A stretch of 64,000 nt of DNA from the human T2T-CHM13v2.0 reference genome, Homo sapiens: assembly GCF_009914755.1 (NCBI RefSeq), contig NC_060926.1; one strand, given 5' to 3'. The position numbers and the translations under genes were made by a program. How positions within the stretch are numbered: the first letter of the stretch is position 1; each line of letters opens with the position of its first letter. The notes beneath the pieces were generated by a model. The model ran no database searches, was not told where the DNA came from, and saw only the letters and a program-made list of their open reading frames with translations. This document shows positions 42,895 through 57,378 of this stretch, one piece after another.

Positions 42895-45800
42895 ACCTTT
42901 CTCCTTTTCAAATAAATCAACTAAAGTCATGAAAATCGAAGTCTTTTAGCAGTTAATTTCAGTGTCTTGTCTGCAACCCACACTTAGAATTATGTTTTAC
43001 ATAATGACCGTAAACCTGCGAATATGAATAAAAGTTTTATGAAAAACTTCCATCATACTATACAATCTCCCACTGTATTGTAATAAAGGATGCTGATCAT
43101 AAACCCCCAAACTGATGTACCTTCCATCAATGGGTTGTGATGCAATGTTTGAAAAGTACTTAAAGTGTTTATCTAATTGGGATTCTTCTCTATTACAAAA
43201 TAGATAACTGAAAATTTAAATTATCTACCCATTGATAGTGTTACATATGCTTTTTTATTTTCTTCTTTATAGTATTCTGTATTGTCTACTTACTAAAATT
43301 AAATATATTGCATTTGTACTCAGAAACTAAGTTTAGGGAAATAAAGTTCCTTTTCAGTTATTACTTTGTTACTGCTAAAATATATACTTTTTTGATATTC
43401 TAACAGTCTAAATCTTTGCTTTGCTTTTCACTAACTTCTCAGCTCACACTAGTCTCATCTCAACAAAGATTTCTCTTTTTTGAATCTTCATAAAATCCTC
43501 CAGCTTCCAATTTGTATCTGAAGAGCTATTACATAAAACTGATTTCCCAGTACTTGTTTGGCAAAGCCTCACTTATATCCAATATTTAGATACTCTGAAG
43601 ACAAGTACTGTGGGTGTCATTCACAATTTAGATTATCAACTTCTGGCCAGGAAATTCACTTTATTGCAGTATGTATAGTGCAAAGTACTTTGTGTTGTTT
43701 GTGTTTAACATTGTTTGTTAGTATCATTATCAACATAGTAATGTTATAAATAGCATTGTCAGAAACTACAACAGTCACTAAGATAACAGCCTTAACACCA
43801 GTGGCATGTACAGTATGCCATTATATTAATTATCACAATGGATCTGACAGGCTGCTCCTAAGAATTCACAGTAGTGAGTAGTTTATGATTTTAAACTCAA
43901 GAGGAAAACTGGAGAATACATCAATCCTAATACACTGTTGTCTCTGTGAACCTCCCTCTTTTTCTCAGTTTTAAAAAATAAAGAGGAAAATGATAAACTA
44001 TTACTGAACCACATTCATTAATGGAATTAAATAAGTTGTTAGCTCTGTAATAAAGAAATGTGACAAAGAGTACATAATTTTTTTGCTCTATAATTTGATC
44101 ATTGTCATTTGGCTGGATACAAGTAGTTCATCAGAAGGAAATTGTGCGTACCCAACAAGGTAAAGCTGTGAAAGAAAAGAGAATGTTGCATATTTATATT
44201 TATATTTCTAAATATGATTCCATTGAGAAAATATTTTCCTCTGTTGGGGAAAGGAATGGCATGTCATCTCTAAGCTGGTTTTATAATTTGGTATGTTGTA
44301 GATTCTGTAGTCATGAACATTAGGAGTGGGATAAAAGTCACTATCACTGCAATGTCCTCCCAATCTAAATAGTAAAACTGAACTTAACAAAAGGATATTT
44401 TTCCCTTTGGTATAAATTAAAAGTTGATTGTAATTCATAAAATGAACTTCTAATACTGCTTCTGAAAGCTTTATGTATACATGGATAATTTACTTATTTA
44501 TTCCTATAGCACTGGACAGAAATGAATACTCAAAGTGTCCTCAATGTTTAGGGGTTCCTACAGAGTATAAAGTTATCTGTTTATTTACAGTTTTAATTAC
44601 TATAAAGGAAATTGTTTCATGGCTTCTGCCTTTATTTTTAGTTTCTTAAGGAATTATTAGATAAACATAGATTTCAATTTTACCAACTATCTTCTTTGAT
44701 GGTCTGCTATTTGGCTAGCTTCTATCAGAAATCTATACTACCAATGGCCTTTGAAAGCAGTGAGTATATGAAATTAAATGCTGGAAATAATTATGGTTAA
44801 GCAGCAGTCTGAAAATACATGACACATACTCATTTGTATAATAGGATAATTTCATTTTGCGTTCACTTTGGTGTCATAAGAGTTAAACTTGGTTAAATAA
44901 ATGGTTTGTGTTTTAGGCTTTTATTTATAACTGTATCTTATGTTTTATTTATAACTGTATCTTATGTTTACTTATTTAAAAATATAACATATAACTGTAT
45001 AGGATTTGTTGAAGATAACTTAGGGTTAATTCATATTATGGCTAGTTTGTATCACATGGTTATTTAGGCAAACTACCTTTATCTCAGATCTTAGGAACTA
45101 AGTAAAATCTGACATATTTAATGTTGTGCTTCCATTATGAAATAGTATTTAGATAATTAAATTAAAAAGCAAATTTAGGTTCTTCATCAAGTCAATATTC
45201 TAGAGTTGGATCCAGTTGATCTAACTTCAGCTGTTGTCTTTAGACAGCGTGGCTGTCAGTGGTCATGGTCTTAAATGGAATAAAAAGCAATTCCTAATAA
45301 GTTGAAATAAGTCATTCCTTTGAACCTGTTATAAACAAATAACAAGACTTTCATCAGATACTTTTCATAAAAATGAGCAACTTTGTTCCAATACTCTTGG
45401 AAAATTCCAAAGGAAATATGCACTCCGTCAGATAGAATGTACATTATAGATGGCTTTGCCAACCTTACTGGTTCACAGATGGCAAAGTGTTAATAGAAAC
45501 TATCATCTCAAGTCAAACTGTAAGGCCTAGTATTTAGTGTTTTAACTCAAGAAATATTTTCAGACTTACTCTGTTATTTATTTTTACTTTTTTCTTAGGG
45601 AAACTCAGGAATCATAGTAGTGTTCCTCTTTGCTTTTAATGTGAAGGGAATTTGAGCCCTAATTATGTTCACAGGACTCTCCCAAGATGATAGAGCTGGG
45701 CTAAGAACTGAGGAGTCTCAATTTCCAGCTTTGACCTCTGTGCAGCATCTAATATTGGCATGCAACCTCTGGTCATATATTTGTTCCATTAAAGCACTAT

Positions 45801-46821
45801 GCTAACTGATGGGATTCAAAAGATAAGATGAAAAGTGAAATTGTGATAAGTGAACCCGTGGGACAACATGCTGCATTTGTTTTTGGCTTAAATTCTTGAC
45901 TGTAGGGGAAGGGGCAAAGGGACTCTGATATTTCTAATGACTGCTTACACCTTCTTATCTTTTAAAAACTGTGCTCTCTGCAGTATGTAATAGAGTCTGT
46001 TTTTAAAAGACATCTTCTCTTGAGAGAAAACACAGATTCTTCCCAAATCCTCCAAAACCCTTCTCTCAGTGTTTGGTCACTGCTATTAAATAAAAATTTT
46101 GTGCAGTCTAAAGAACCGGGCAGATGTTAAAAACCCTTGTGGTCCCCACCAGCTGGGGGGTTCCTCTGTTTGTTATTTCCCGGCTGCTTGGCACGTTCCT
46201 GTGACATAAAACAAACCCCCATTATAAAGGATTATATGATGAGTCAACAAGCATGTGAAAGATAGCAACCAAATGGTGACTCCCAATTACATGAAAAATT
46301 ACTATAATCACCCCTGCTGTAACACCCGTCTGTTGGCAAAGTGGTTGATCCCCTTGAAAAGCATTAAAAAAAGGCCTAGTGTATTAAATAAAAATCTCAG
46401 TTCTGTGTGTAATCATAAAAATTAACACTGTCACTTTAAAAAAAAACTAATTAGTGTCCTAAAGGGAAACCTACTAGGCTATGTAAAGTAGCTATTATGA
46501 AAATGTTTAGCCTTTTGAATGTATTTCAGACAGCGTTTGTGTTGCCAGATTTGTCAGCCAAAAATTCACTAAGCAGATTTGTCAGGGGCTGAGGCCATAA
46601 TCTGTAAAACAGACATTGGCATAGAGATTAAAGATCAAGAGAATTATATAGGTTTTGTTACCATATGCCAAGATTTCTTTTTAAAAGTAAGTTTATTTTG
46701 TGTGGGCTGTAACCAGAAGCAAGCACTATCTTTGTTTGGTATTTAAAACAGTAGCATTTCCTGCCGAGGAAGGAACAAAACAGTTTCATTCACACACTTG
46801 GGGTGCGGTGGTGGTGGTGGT

Positions 46822-46839
46822 GGGGCGGGGCGGGGAGGG
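46822..46839 (+). other. Canonical G-quadruplex motif / tandem GC boxes
   Basis: GGGGCGGGGCGGGGAGGG: four G-runs with 1-nt loops. Confidence 0.75.
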
Positions 46840-47184
46840 TGTGTGTGTGCAAGATGCTTCTGACATTTCTTCTGTAGTTTCTTTCCTCTCTTTCTACAGT
46901 GTAAGCCTCATGTATGAGTCATGGATGAAAAATCAACGACAGAAGAGCCCTTGGGTCCACAGTCACACTTTTCCCGGGGACTGTAGGAGCTGCCTGGGAC
47001 ACCCTCTCCTTTCAGAAGATGTGTCCCTAACTTGGAGGGTGCCCATATTACAGTCAGGCTTCCCATGTCTAGCCACAGATGACATATTCATGTCTATCAG
47101 GCTCCTCTTAAAGAATTTTATGCTTAGAAACATCAGTGACCCAAAACGGGCTGGGTGCAGAACTTCTTTGGCAGCTTGGCCACA

Positions 47185-47294
47185 TGGCTCTGAGGAAGTC
47201 ATGAAATCACTTTGAACAATGCATTCCTTAAATAAGAATGTGAATTAGGTGGTCTCTCAGGACCCTTGGCCTCTAAAGTTGTATGATTCTGTGA
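47185..47294 (+). mobile_element. MIR3-like 3' end
   Basis: aattaggtggtctctcaggaccctt...ctctaaagttgtatgattctgtga. Confidence 0.5.
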
Positions 47295-48184
47295 AGGTCA
47301 GACCTTGCATAAATTCCAGTACAACCCTCTCAGATGCAGCAAGAAAAAGTAGTTTATATTGCCATAATATATGCTTCAAAATTTAATAGAATGATGGACC
47401 GCTTCCTGAAAACAGTTGAGCAAAAGCGTTATGCTACAAAAAACTATATATGATGGTTTCCTTAGAACTGTGGTCAGTATTGGGGCAGATTTGGGTAATT
47501 ACAACAGCCAAACATAGTAATGACATTCTGAGACATTTATACTTTTGAGATGACAGTGGATAAAACTCATTGTAATACTTCATAATTTTAGTAATATTTT
47601 AACACAGAAGCCTAGTCCACAGATATCCTGGGACACACACCTATGCACACACACAATTTATTTACCTAGATGGAAAGGAAGTCACATATAATTTGTATGG
47701 GAACTTTCAAAGGCGCTTACACTAAAGCTTTTCTAAGCCACTTTTAAATTATATCTTCATTACACAAATGGAATATTGCTCAAAGAACCGCTGACTGAGA
47801 GAAGTGGCAAGCAGTCTTCCCAGACTTTATTCAGTATTCACATCCAATCACATGGGTAAACATAAATACATCACAATGCTTATTCAAACACTCACAAGTT
47901 ATCTATAGAAGACAAACTACCATATATTCTCCGAAACAGATTTTTCTTCCATTTCCCTTTTTCATTTTGCATCTAGTGTATTGACTGAAATTCATCTGGT
48001 TTTTTGTTTTTTCTTTTCTTGAAGCAAATTATAGGCCCCTCCTGGCTCCACCTATAATTTTTCACATTTTCTTGAGACAAACTACAACACATTGACACGA
48101 AGTTACTGGCAAACAGAAATTCTAGAAAGTATCCAAAAGGGGTTAGGAGTCTGACACTTGGCCTCCTGACCTGAGGGGAAAGTA

Positions 48185-48320
48185 GATTTCCGTCGAGGCT
48201 GCAGTCTTGGGACTTCCGCCTTGAGGAGCCAATCTTGGCCCTCATGTTCCGGATAGCAGGAAAGGAAGGGATATACCTGCGAGTGGTTTTTGTGCTAGTA
48301 CAGACACTAGGGGGTGTCCA
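48185..48320. promoter_or_regulatory. Candidate cis-element with ETS x3 plus CCAAT
   Basis: TTTCCG 48187, ACTTCCG 48212, AGCCAATC 48227, TTCCGG 48247; local CpG retention. Function is inferred. Confidence 0.35.
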
Positions 48321-50288
48321 AGGACCAAATGTATTCCTCCTTCCCTTCAGCCTTGTCTTAGGTCCAGCTAACTTAAAAAGTGCAGGAGCTAAGGGAAAAT
48401 CCATCCAATTAATTCCTGTCTTGTGCCGAAATAAATAATGTGGGGTCAGTTTCATCATCAGGCCCCGATTCCCTTGGATCTCTGGCAGCCTTTGTAATCT
48501 CAGGGTTCAGAGCTGGCACCATCCCGTATTTAAGCTACAGGTGATGAGAATGAGGTGCTCTGTTATCAAATGCTTTTTACTTCTGTGTGTGTCAGAATTT
48601 ACTTGTTGTTGAAAAGAGGTCACCAATTTTCCTTTTCTTTAGTGTTTCAGTTTAGGTCTGTTCACACTAAACTATGAAGGGCGGGGGGGAATTGTAAGAA
48701 GGCAGATTTCTGCCTTCTCATTCTTGTGGGGTCCCATTTGCTTTTTATTGTGGATTATTTGTTAATTATTACTTATTAGAAAACATTGGCCCTTGCTACT
48801 GTAGACATCTTCAGGCCTTTGGGCATGGGTCTCTTTATGAATACCTATTACTTCTTAATTATGATGGTTTAATAAGATACGTCTTTCATTTTCATCTCCT
48901 ATCTCTCTTCCCCTATGATTCTTCTCCTTTTGCTATTGGTCCCTGAGGGCATGTTACTGGCTCCTTTTTCTTTATTGCTCCCATCTTCCCTTTGCCCCTC
49001 CTGGTAAATTAAAAAAATAAATAGAATGCATTTTAAGGATGACAACAGTAATAATAAAGCCAGGAATTGCTTTCCAGCTAAATGCACTGATTGGAAGTCC
49101 TATTGAAAATAGCATAAACCTAATTGAAGTAGTCAACCCCTCCCATATAGGTCATGCTATGCTCTATTAAAATGAAGGTAAAACAAAGCTTGTGACATTT
49201 CTGCATTTCCCAGACTGACTTTTCCTAAGACATATCGATAGTATTGACAATAGTATTGCATTGTGCTCCCTAGTGACCCAGCCTGTCATCTTGTGGTCCT
49301 GGATAATTCTTTCTTAATGAAACCTTATTGTGTCCTTTACCTATAACAATCAACAGAAAAATAATTATGTTTCAACATATAGAAATAAAAAATTTGAAAT
49401 AAATCAAAATTGTAGCAATTAACTAACCAGTAACACTGATCATTTGGATAATGTGGATGTTCAGTACCCGCCAATTGTGGCCTGTTAAAGATGCAAATAC
49501 GTTTTCTAAATTTATGAAAATACACAAGTTGCTAAAGAAATGTCTGATGTGAAATTATCAGGAGAGTTGGGATTATATATAAGGAGTTATTATTTGATTT
49601 CATTTTGAATAATTTAAGTAGTCTGTCTTCAAGAGTCATTATTTGGTCCTAAGCTTTATTACTGAAGTTTCTTATATTCCATGGAACTGACTATCAGATT
49701 TGATGGCAAAGCACTAGCAGCTGGGAAACTGCTCTTTCTCTCCCCTCTCATTTCCCAAACAATGTTTGCACTGATTAATACTATGCAACAAGACATGACG
49801 CAGAGATTGTGTTGGCATTGTGTTCTGATGACCCCACACATTGTGTGCGCTCTGTGGTTCCTTTTGCTGTTCATAGTTATATGGGTTTATCAGAAATTAC
49901 ATGTCAGGCTCCCGATGAGTGTAATTGTATACTGATTGTGTATAGTTTTTTAAACCTCATTATTAGCCTTGTATGCAAACCAAATAAAAGGAAAGTTTAA
50001 AAAAGGAGAAAGAAAATAGCCTCCACTGGACGTCATGTCAGAGCCCAGGTGTTTGAGCCTGGATGCAGGGGGGAAACAAAATGTTCTCTCAGGGACATCT
50101 GCAGCAGCCATGTGCTTGAAAAAGGCCCTAATGAGTGGAGGGGGAAGGAAAGAAGTGGTTAGGGCATGGGGGGAGAGCTCCTGGCTTTGCTTTCTTCTAA
50201 CTCTGTTCTCCTTGCATGCACGATTCATTTAATAACAAGGCAGGGAGGACACTGAGGGATGCAGTGTGTGTGTCCTCGTTCATTTTAA

Positions 50289-50661
<373 letters not shown>

Positions 50662-52959
50662 GAATCACTCTTTTAATGGAAAAACAAAAACAAAAACACC
50701 TCAACTATGCAGCTACAAACTCGGGGAAAATAGGCACAGGAAGAGTGATGAAATGAACAGTGCTTTCTTTCTCTTCCCAGGGCTCTGCCCTTCCACCCAT
50801 TTACACCTGAGCAATTTATTGGACATTTCCAAGACAGTTATTATCCAGGATGTGCATACTTTGGACTCACAAGCAGGAAGCTCAGCAGGGAATGTTGAAG
50901 TATTACATACCAAGGACGAGGGACATTAGAATTAGACTCATCTCTAATGTGGAAAGTACTTAGTTCTCTTTTAAAAACCTTTAATCAGTATACAGTGGTT
51001 CAGTACACAGATGTTAGCACCAGTGTGAGGGCTCTCTAATTGTAATTTAAGTTATCCCTGCCTTAGGGCTCCCAATCAAATTATTAGACTGTTACAGTGA
51101 ATCTGTGGCTCTTGGTTGCACCTTGCAAGGGGGTGTTTTCTGGAATGACGAGAAACAGTGGTTTCTCCTGGGAAGCAAATGTACCATTATGGACTTATTA
51201 GGTCCTTGATTAGATCCACAGCTGATAAGTGAGTAGATATTTCAAGAGAAAATATTGCAGTTTATTTCAATCTGCCTTACTCAACCCATTGGGTTGTGGA
51301 AAAGAAAGTAAATGAAATAGAACTAAAGGAAACGTACGTGCAATTTTTTAAAAAAGTGGTTGTAAAATTTATTAATCAATCCTTATACATTGCTACTAGC
51401 TCTTTATGCATTAAAGGTTAATGCTTTTAAAATGTGTCTGTTTGTTTGGTGTTTCTTCTCAATCCCTAAACTTGCTTTCTATTGAAAATTTTCTGACTGG
51501 ACTGCTAAGACTCAAAGAGTTAAATATTCAGAGCGACAATTAATTAATTAAACGGTCCTAGAAAGTAACCTCTCAAGTTTCCTTCCTGAAATTCATGTTG
51601 ATCTGATTTGCTTTAATAAGTGACTTGCTATTGAACTAGTTTTATGTACTTTAATTTGAAGATAATTACAATACTATAATTCACATTTCAGATGCACATT
51701 AACTTTTCAAAAGATATCAAGCTAGATACCTCTACCTAGCATTGTGTTTATTTTTTAGTATAGTGTAACCTGAAGAATAATTATCTGGTTGTAGTAATAT
51801 CTTTTAAGTTCTTTCTATTACTACGCATTTATTTGATTTTAATTGTAGAACCATTGGTCATATTGAGTTCATTTCCTGTTCATGTTGATTTCATGAATCT
51901 CTCCATTAGTATTCAATTGCACAGTAATTAGTCATTAGTTCACCGTGATGTCTTCAAGCATGTGTACACTTACATTCTCATTTTCCACTCAGTTTCTACA
52001 GTCATATTTGAATTTTCTATTTCTTAAGGAAACGAAGGCCATGATAAGGAAGACAAAAATGCTAGATGATGACTTGATTAAACATTTTGCCAAAAGGCCC
52101 CTAGTCGAGGAATGCAAAAGCTGGATACATTGAAAATGAAGTAAGTGGCAGCTGCCTAGCCATAATACTGAAGTCATTGAGATGTCAAAGCCTGGGATCT
52201 GAAGCATTTGTGATCAGAGGCCAGATAGAAGCTATTTAGTGAAACTTCAGCATGATGTTTGACCTCTGTGTACACCTGGCTAATTCTGATTAGAGCATCT
52301 TCAATTTCTGAAGAAAGGTGAAATTCCCAACTTGTTACTAAGCTCCAATAATGTATTAAATGTTACAATTTTAACTAACTGTTCGGCTTTACAGATCTAT
52401 TTTTCTTTATAAGAGAAAGTGTTTTTCAAAAAAAATGTTGTCAATGGATTAATTAATTCCAAATTTGCTGTGTTTTTAGTTCACATTTTATCTGAGGTAT
52501 TCGTTTAGCTCCCACGAAAAGTAAATATGTCATCTGTCATAGTCTGTCACAAGCTCCCAATTTAAATCCATTAGAAAACTGTTCTTGCTTTTTATTTGAG
52601 CTGGCTTCACATTGTTGTCCTAATTAAATTGGAATCTTATATCATTTAAATGTTAGACTTGAGAATGAAATTATTTCTGTTGAGGTGATAATGGCAGTCC
52701 TCTTGGCAGAGCTCAAAAACACTGCTTTCAGACTAGTTGAGTCAATGTTCTAGTTGCCATACCTGCTTCATATAGGTTTCCATTTGCATTTCTTCCCTAA
52801 ATGAAATGAGAGACCCCAAGTTGAATAGTCTCTTTCCAAATAGATCAGTTCTGCAATATCTATAACTGTGCCCTATTTTTGGTTTTTTTTTGTTAGTCCA
52901 ATTAGTACTTTAATTTTTATAACTTGTTTAAACAAAAATACTTTGCACCGTAGTGTGTA

Positions 52960-53122
52960 TAATGCTTCTCAGACTAACGTGCATGTGAATCTCTTGGGGA
53001 CCCTGATAAAATGCAGAGTCTGGTTCAGCAGGTCTGGGGTGGCTCCAAGATTCTGCATTTCTCAGAAGCTCCCGAGGGAAGCTGGCGTGGCTGGTCCATA
53101 TTCTACACTTTATGCAGCAAGG
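52960..53122. mobile_element. MER5A1 (hAT-Charlie)
   Basis: tgcttctcagact...aaaatgcagagtctggttcagcaggtctgggg...agattctgcatttct...cactttatgcagcaagg. Confidence 0.85.
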
Positions 53123-54724
53123 ATGCAAAATGATTAGGAGGCAAATGAGATGAATCAGAATTGGTATCTTCTCACCTAGCTCTTTTTGAGAATTGAAAAA
53201 TCACTCTCAAATTGTAGAAGTTATAACAGCAGTTGTTATTTTGATGTGAAACTTTGCTAAGATGTTGGTTTTTATTATGTGTTAAGCTTTAACATCTATG
53301 TTTGATCCCTTTAGAAGCAACTGGCTTTTGTAAGAGGAATATGTGTGGCTTCAAAGTCACCCTCCTGACTTACACATACTCATTGCAGCAGGCTTTTTCC
53401 ATATATTAAACTTAATATTTAGAAGTTAGCAGCAGGTATATTATTTCTGCATCTTTTTTATAGGAAAAATTACCTTTAATTTTTTGTAAACGTCTAGGCT
53501 TAAGAAATTAATTTTCATCTCTAAATTTAACAGGGTGAATCCACAGAATAATACCCAATAAGTTAATGATAAGGGATGCCAATTTGAGAATCATAAGAAA
53601 CTGCGGAAATTCCCAGTAATCAAGGTGGTTTAACATAAATGTCTGCCGAATGTGTGTCTGTGTTTTATCTGGAAAACTAAGTTAGATCAATGAAACAGTT
53701 TATTTCATTTCTCTGGGCATGAAGTCTTGGCTTTTGGATTCGCTTCTGCATATAGTCTCAACTGTAAATTGCTCTCAGAATTGAATTATAGTCTATAAAG
53801 TTTCCCAAATCTACTTGGAAAACTCTTTAAATTTTCTCTATGTTTCAGGAAGCCAATGTGAATAAGAATAATTATTACCCATTTGTAAAGTAGAACATTC
53901 TTGGCCCTCATCTTTTCCTGTCTCTCTTCCTCCCTGCCTCTCTTTCTCTCCTCATTTTAATTCTTCTTTTCCTTCTTCTCCTTTTCCTACTTCCCTGTTC
54001 CTACACTCAACTCTCCTCCCTTCTTTCTCCTTTGCTTTTTTATTATTTTTAATTTTTTAATTGTCAATATTCAATAAAACCTCTTTCTTTTTTCTTTTAT
54101 GCATTTGTTAAATGAAAAATCAATTATATCAGTACAGGAAGATTAGAAAAAATTCCAAATTATGATCAGCCCATGAAACTTATTTTTCAAACTTTTTTTT
54201 TTTCTTATAGCATGAAACCAAAGGAAATGTTTTATAAATTTCAGATATACCCTGGGAAGTTGGTTCATATCCATGAATCTGTTTCTGGTTAGTTAATATG
54301 TAAACTTTGAAGGAAATACTTTAGGAAAAATTTGATGTAACGTTATTTCAATTTTTAGATACAATCATTTTAAAAATTTGAATACGACCCAAAACCCGAT
54401 GAAATGGATTAGGGAAAGATAAAAAAACAAAACAATAACAAAATACTTGACTCATCTCAGACTTTAGAGCCCAAGAAGGCTTTAAGTAAATAAGGTGTAG
54501 TATGTTTTATGTAAAGGTTGGTGGTATGACAGAAACAAGGTGTCCCAAAAGATAGCAAAGATATCAAACAGACCTTGATGGAGACATCCATCTGCCTCTT
54601 CCTACCTTTGCTACCTGGACAATTATTTATTGTTTCTGAGCCTAAGCTTTTTTAACTATTAAGTGAGATAATTACTAACTCCAAGTGTCCATTTGAATTA
54701 AGTAAAATAATATAATCCTCCCAA

Positions 54725-55590
54725 GCATGAATATTAACACATATTTTTTGATTTCTTGTCTCTGGAAATATAGCAGAAAACAAAATAGAAAAATATTTCT
54801 CATATAGCTTGCATTCTAATAAGAGATGAGAGAAAATAAGCAAATAGCAAATGTAATATATGCTACGGAAAAAAGCCAAAAAAAAAAAGGGGAATAGGGG
54901 ATGCTAAGGTGCCAGGTGGAGAGATGGTAGTTTTAAGTAAGGTCATCAGAAAAGATAGCATTTGAACAAAAGTCTCACTGGGAAGAGTGTTCAAGGCAGG
55001 GAAACAGCAAGTGCAAGGGGCCCGAGGCAGAGGTGTGCTTGGCATATGTGAGGAAATGCACAAAGGCCTGGATGGCCAAAGTGGAATAAGTGGGTAGGAG
55101 ACCAGAGGAAGAAAAAGTCAGGGAGCTGCCTGTGAGGCCAGATCATGCTGGACCTTGTGGGTTATTTTAAGGACTCTGGTTTTTATCTTAAAATGATGGA
55201 AACCTGTTGGAGGTTTTGAGTAAGAGAATAACAAGATCTAATTCTGTTTTCAAAAGGGGAACTCCCTCTGCAGTTTGGTGTCAGCGGAGGTGTGAGAAGT
55301 AGTCAGATTCTGCAGGATTTGCTGTTGGATTGGATGTGGAGTGTGAGAAAAGAGATGAGTCAAGGACTTAGATTTTTTTTGGCCCGAGAAACTGGAAAAA
55401 AGGAGTTATTATTCAATCTGTGGCAGAAACAGGTGTGGGGAGGCAGGAAGATCCAAGTTGAGTTAACCTGTGTTAAAATTTGAGAAGCCTATAGGATATT
55501 CCAGTGAAGCTATGAGCTAGAAGTTCAGCAAATGTGTTGGTTTGGGGCTCAGTGGAGAGGTGCAGGCTGAATATGGAAAACCGTGAGAAG
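54725..55590 (-). mobile_element. L2a-like
   Basis: ggcagggaaacagcaagtgcaaggggcccgaggcag...aaggactctggtttttat...ggattggatgtggagtgtgaga. Confidence 0.85.
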
Positions 55591-55597
55591 TCACTGA

Positions 55598-55877
<280 letters not shown>

Positions 55878-56066
55878 TTTGAAAAGATATGTTTCCAGGG
55901 CGATGTGGGAAGGAGAGCACTTGTTACACAGTAGGTGTTTAACAAACACGAGTTGTCCTACTTTTCTCTTTTTCTTTCACCTTCTGACTGACAGTCTCAT
56001 GCCATTTTTTTATAGATAGCTAGATATAAGTAGGGTCCAGATAGTAAATTATTTGTTACGTGCATG

Positions 56067-56418
56067 TGTGTTAGTCTGTTCTCACGCTGCTAAAAAAGAC
56101 ATACCCGAGACTGGGTAATTTATAAGGAAAAAAAGGTTTAATGAACTCGTAGTTCCACGTGGCTGGGGAGGCCTTACAATCATGGCTAAAGGTGAAGGAG
56201 GAGCAAGGGCACATCTTACATGGTGGCAGGCAAGAGCTTGAGCAGGGGATCTGCCCTTTATAAAACCTTCAGATCTCATGAGACTTATTCACTATCACAT
56301 GAACAGCATGGGAAAAACTTGCCCCTATGATTCAAATACCTCCCACTGGGTCCTGTGGAAATTATGAGAGCTACAATTCAAGATGATATTTGGGTGGGGA
56401 CACAGTCAAACCATATTA
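56067..56418 (-). mobile_element. THE1 (THE1C-type) solo LTR
   Basis: tgtgttagtctgttctcacgctgct...aaaccatatta; near-TSD GCATG/CCATG. Confidence 0.92.
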
Positions 56419-57378
56419 CCATGTGATTATGTGTTTACTTCATTTCTTCTAAAGACTTGTCATTCTGTATCTATTGGCTGTAGTCTCTGTTTCTTGATTT
56501 AAAATAGTTTCGGAGCATACCTTCACTTGAACTAAGCCATATCTTATATTTTCTGTCCTCATGAGTATACCGTAATTCTTGTCTTCACAAGTGTTTATTA
56601 ATAGACCATCTGGATTGCAGGGTGCTATTATGTAAGCAAGTTAAGCAAACTTGATGGACCTTTAGCTCTTTGCCCTTGAAGAACATTTAACCTCATGCTA
56701 ATAGGCTCATAACCAACAGGCTATTTAGATGCTTAAATAAACACTGAAAAAAATGCACACAGTTTACAAAAAAAGTCTAATATTGACAGGTGCAAGCGAT
56801 ATTTTAAGATTTTTTAAAATGTGTTGATCAGCATAGCGAATGATAGAATATTAGACCATCTGGAGATTCTTTACCTATTGAATTATTAGAAATGTAATAA
56901 TATTCAGTTTTGCTTCTCTCTGTTGACATTGTTTTCCCATGTGGCATCCATGTTGGCCCATGTGAGTGGGTTTGTAGCATGCATATGTTTTCATTTTACT
57001 TATTGATTTCAGAGCTTTTGTGTTCAGCATGTCTCTATATCCATCCTTTACATGTGGCCCACTCACATTTCCCCAGTTCAGAAGGAGCACAAAGCTCAGG
57101 GTGTCATGATTATTTGCTAATGAAGCATTTAGCCTGGAAATTTGCCCTCAGGAAAACAGAGCACACTGATTGGAATCATGTTTTTGATGAAACCTTTTGT
57201 TGAGTGAAACTAATTTCTCTTTAATGAACATCTATATGTATTGGTTTATTTATTCTACAAGTGTTAATTTTCCTGTCCTGTAGTTACGTAGAGAGTGCTG
57301 CTTGAAAACACAATATATAGTCATGCATAGTAATCATTTATTACTTTATAAAACACTTATGGTCCTAGAAGAAACTCC

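Noticed and set aside
46700-47215. 171-aa non-repeat ORF
   Set aside because: Starts at GTG, runs through a (GGT)n/G-rich tract and a pyrimidine tract, and has no recognisable domain; likely chance.
47973-48458. 161-aa minus-strand ATG ORF
   Set aside because: No recognisable protein family, and no poly(A) or TSD marks of a processed pseudogene. Only the embedded motif cluster is reported.
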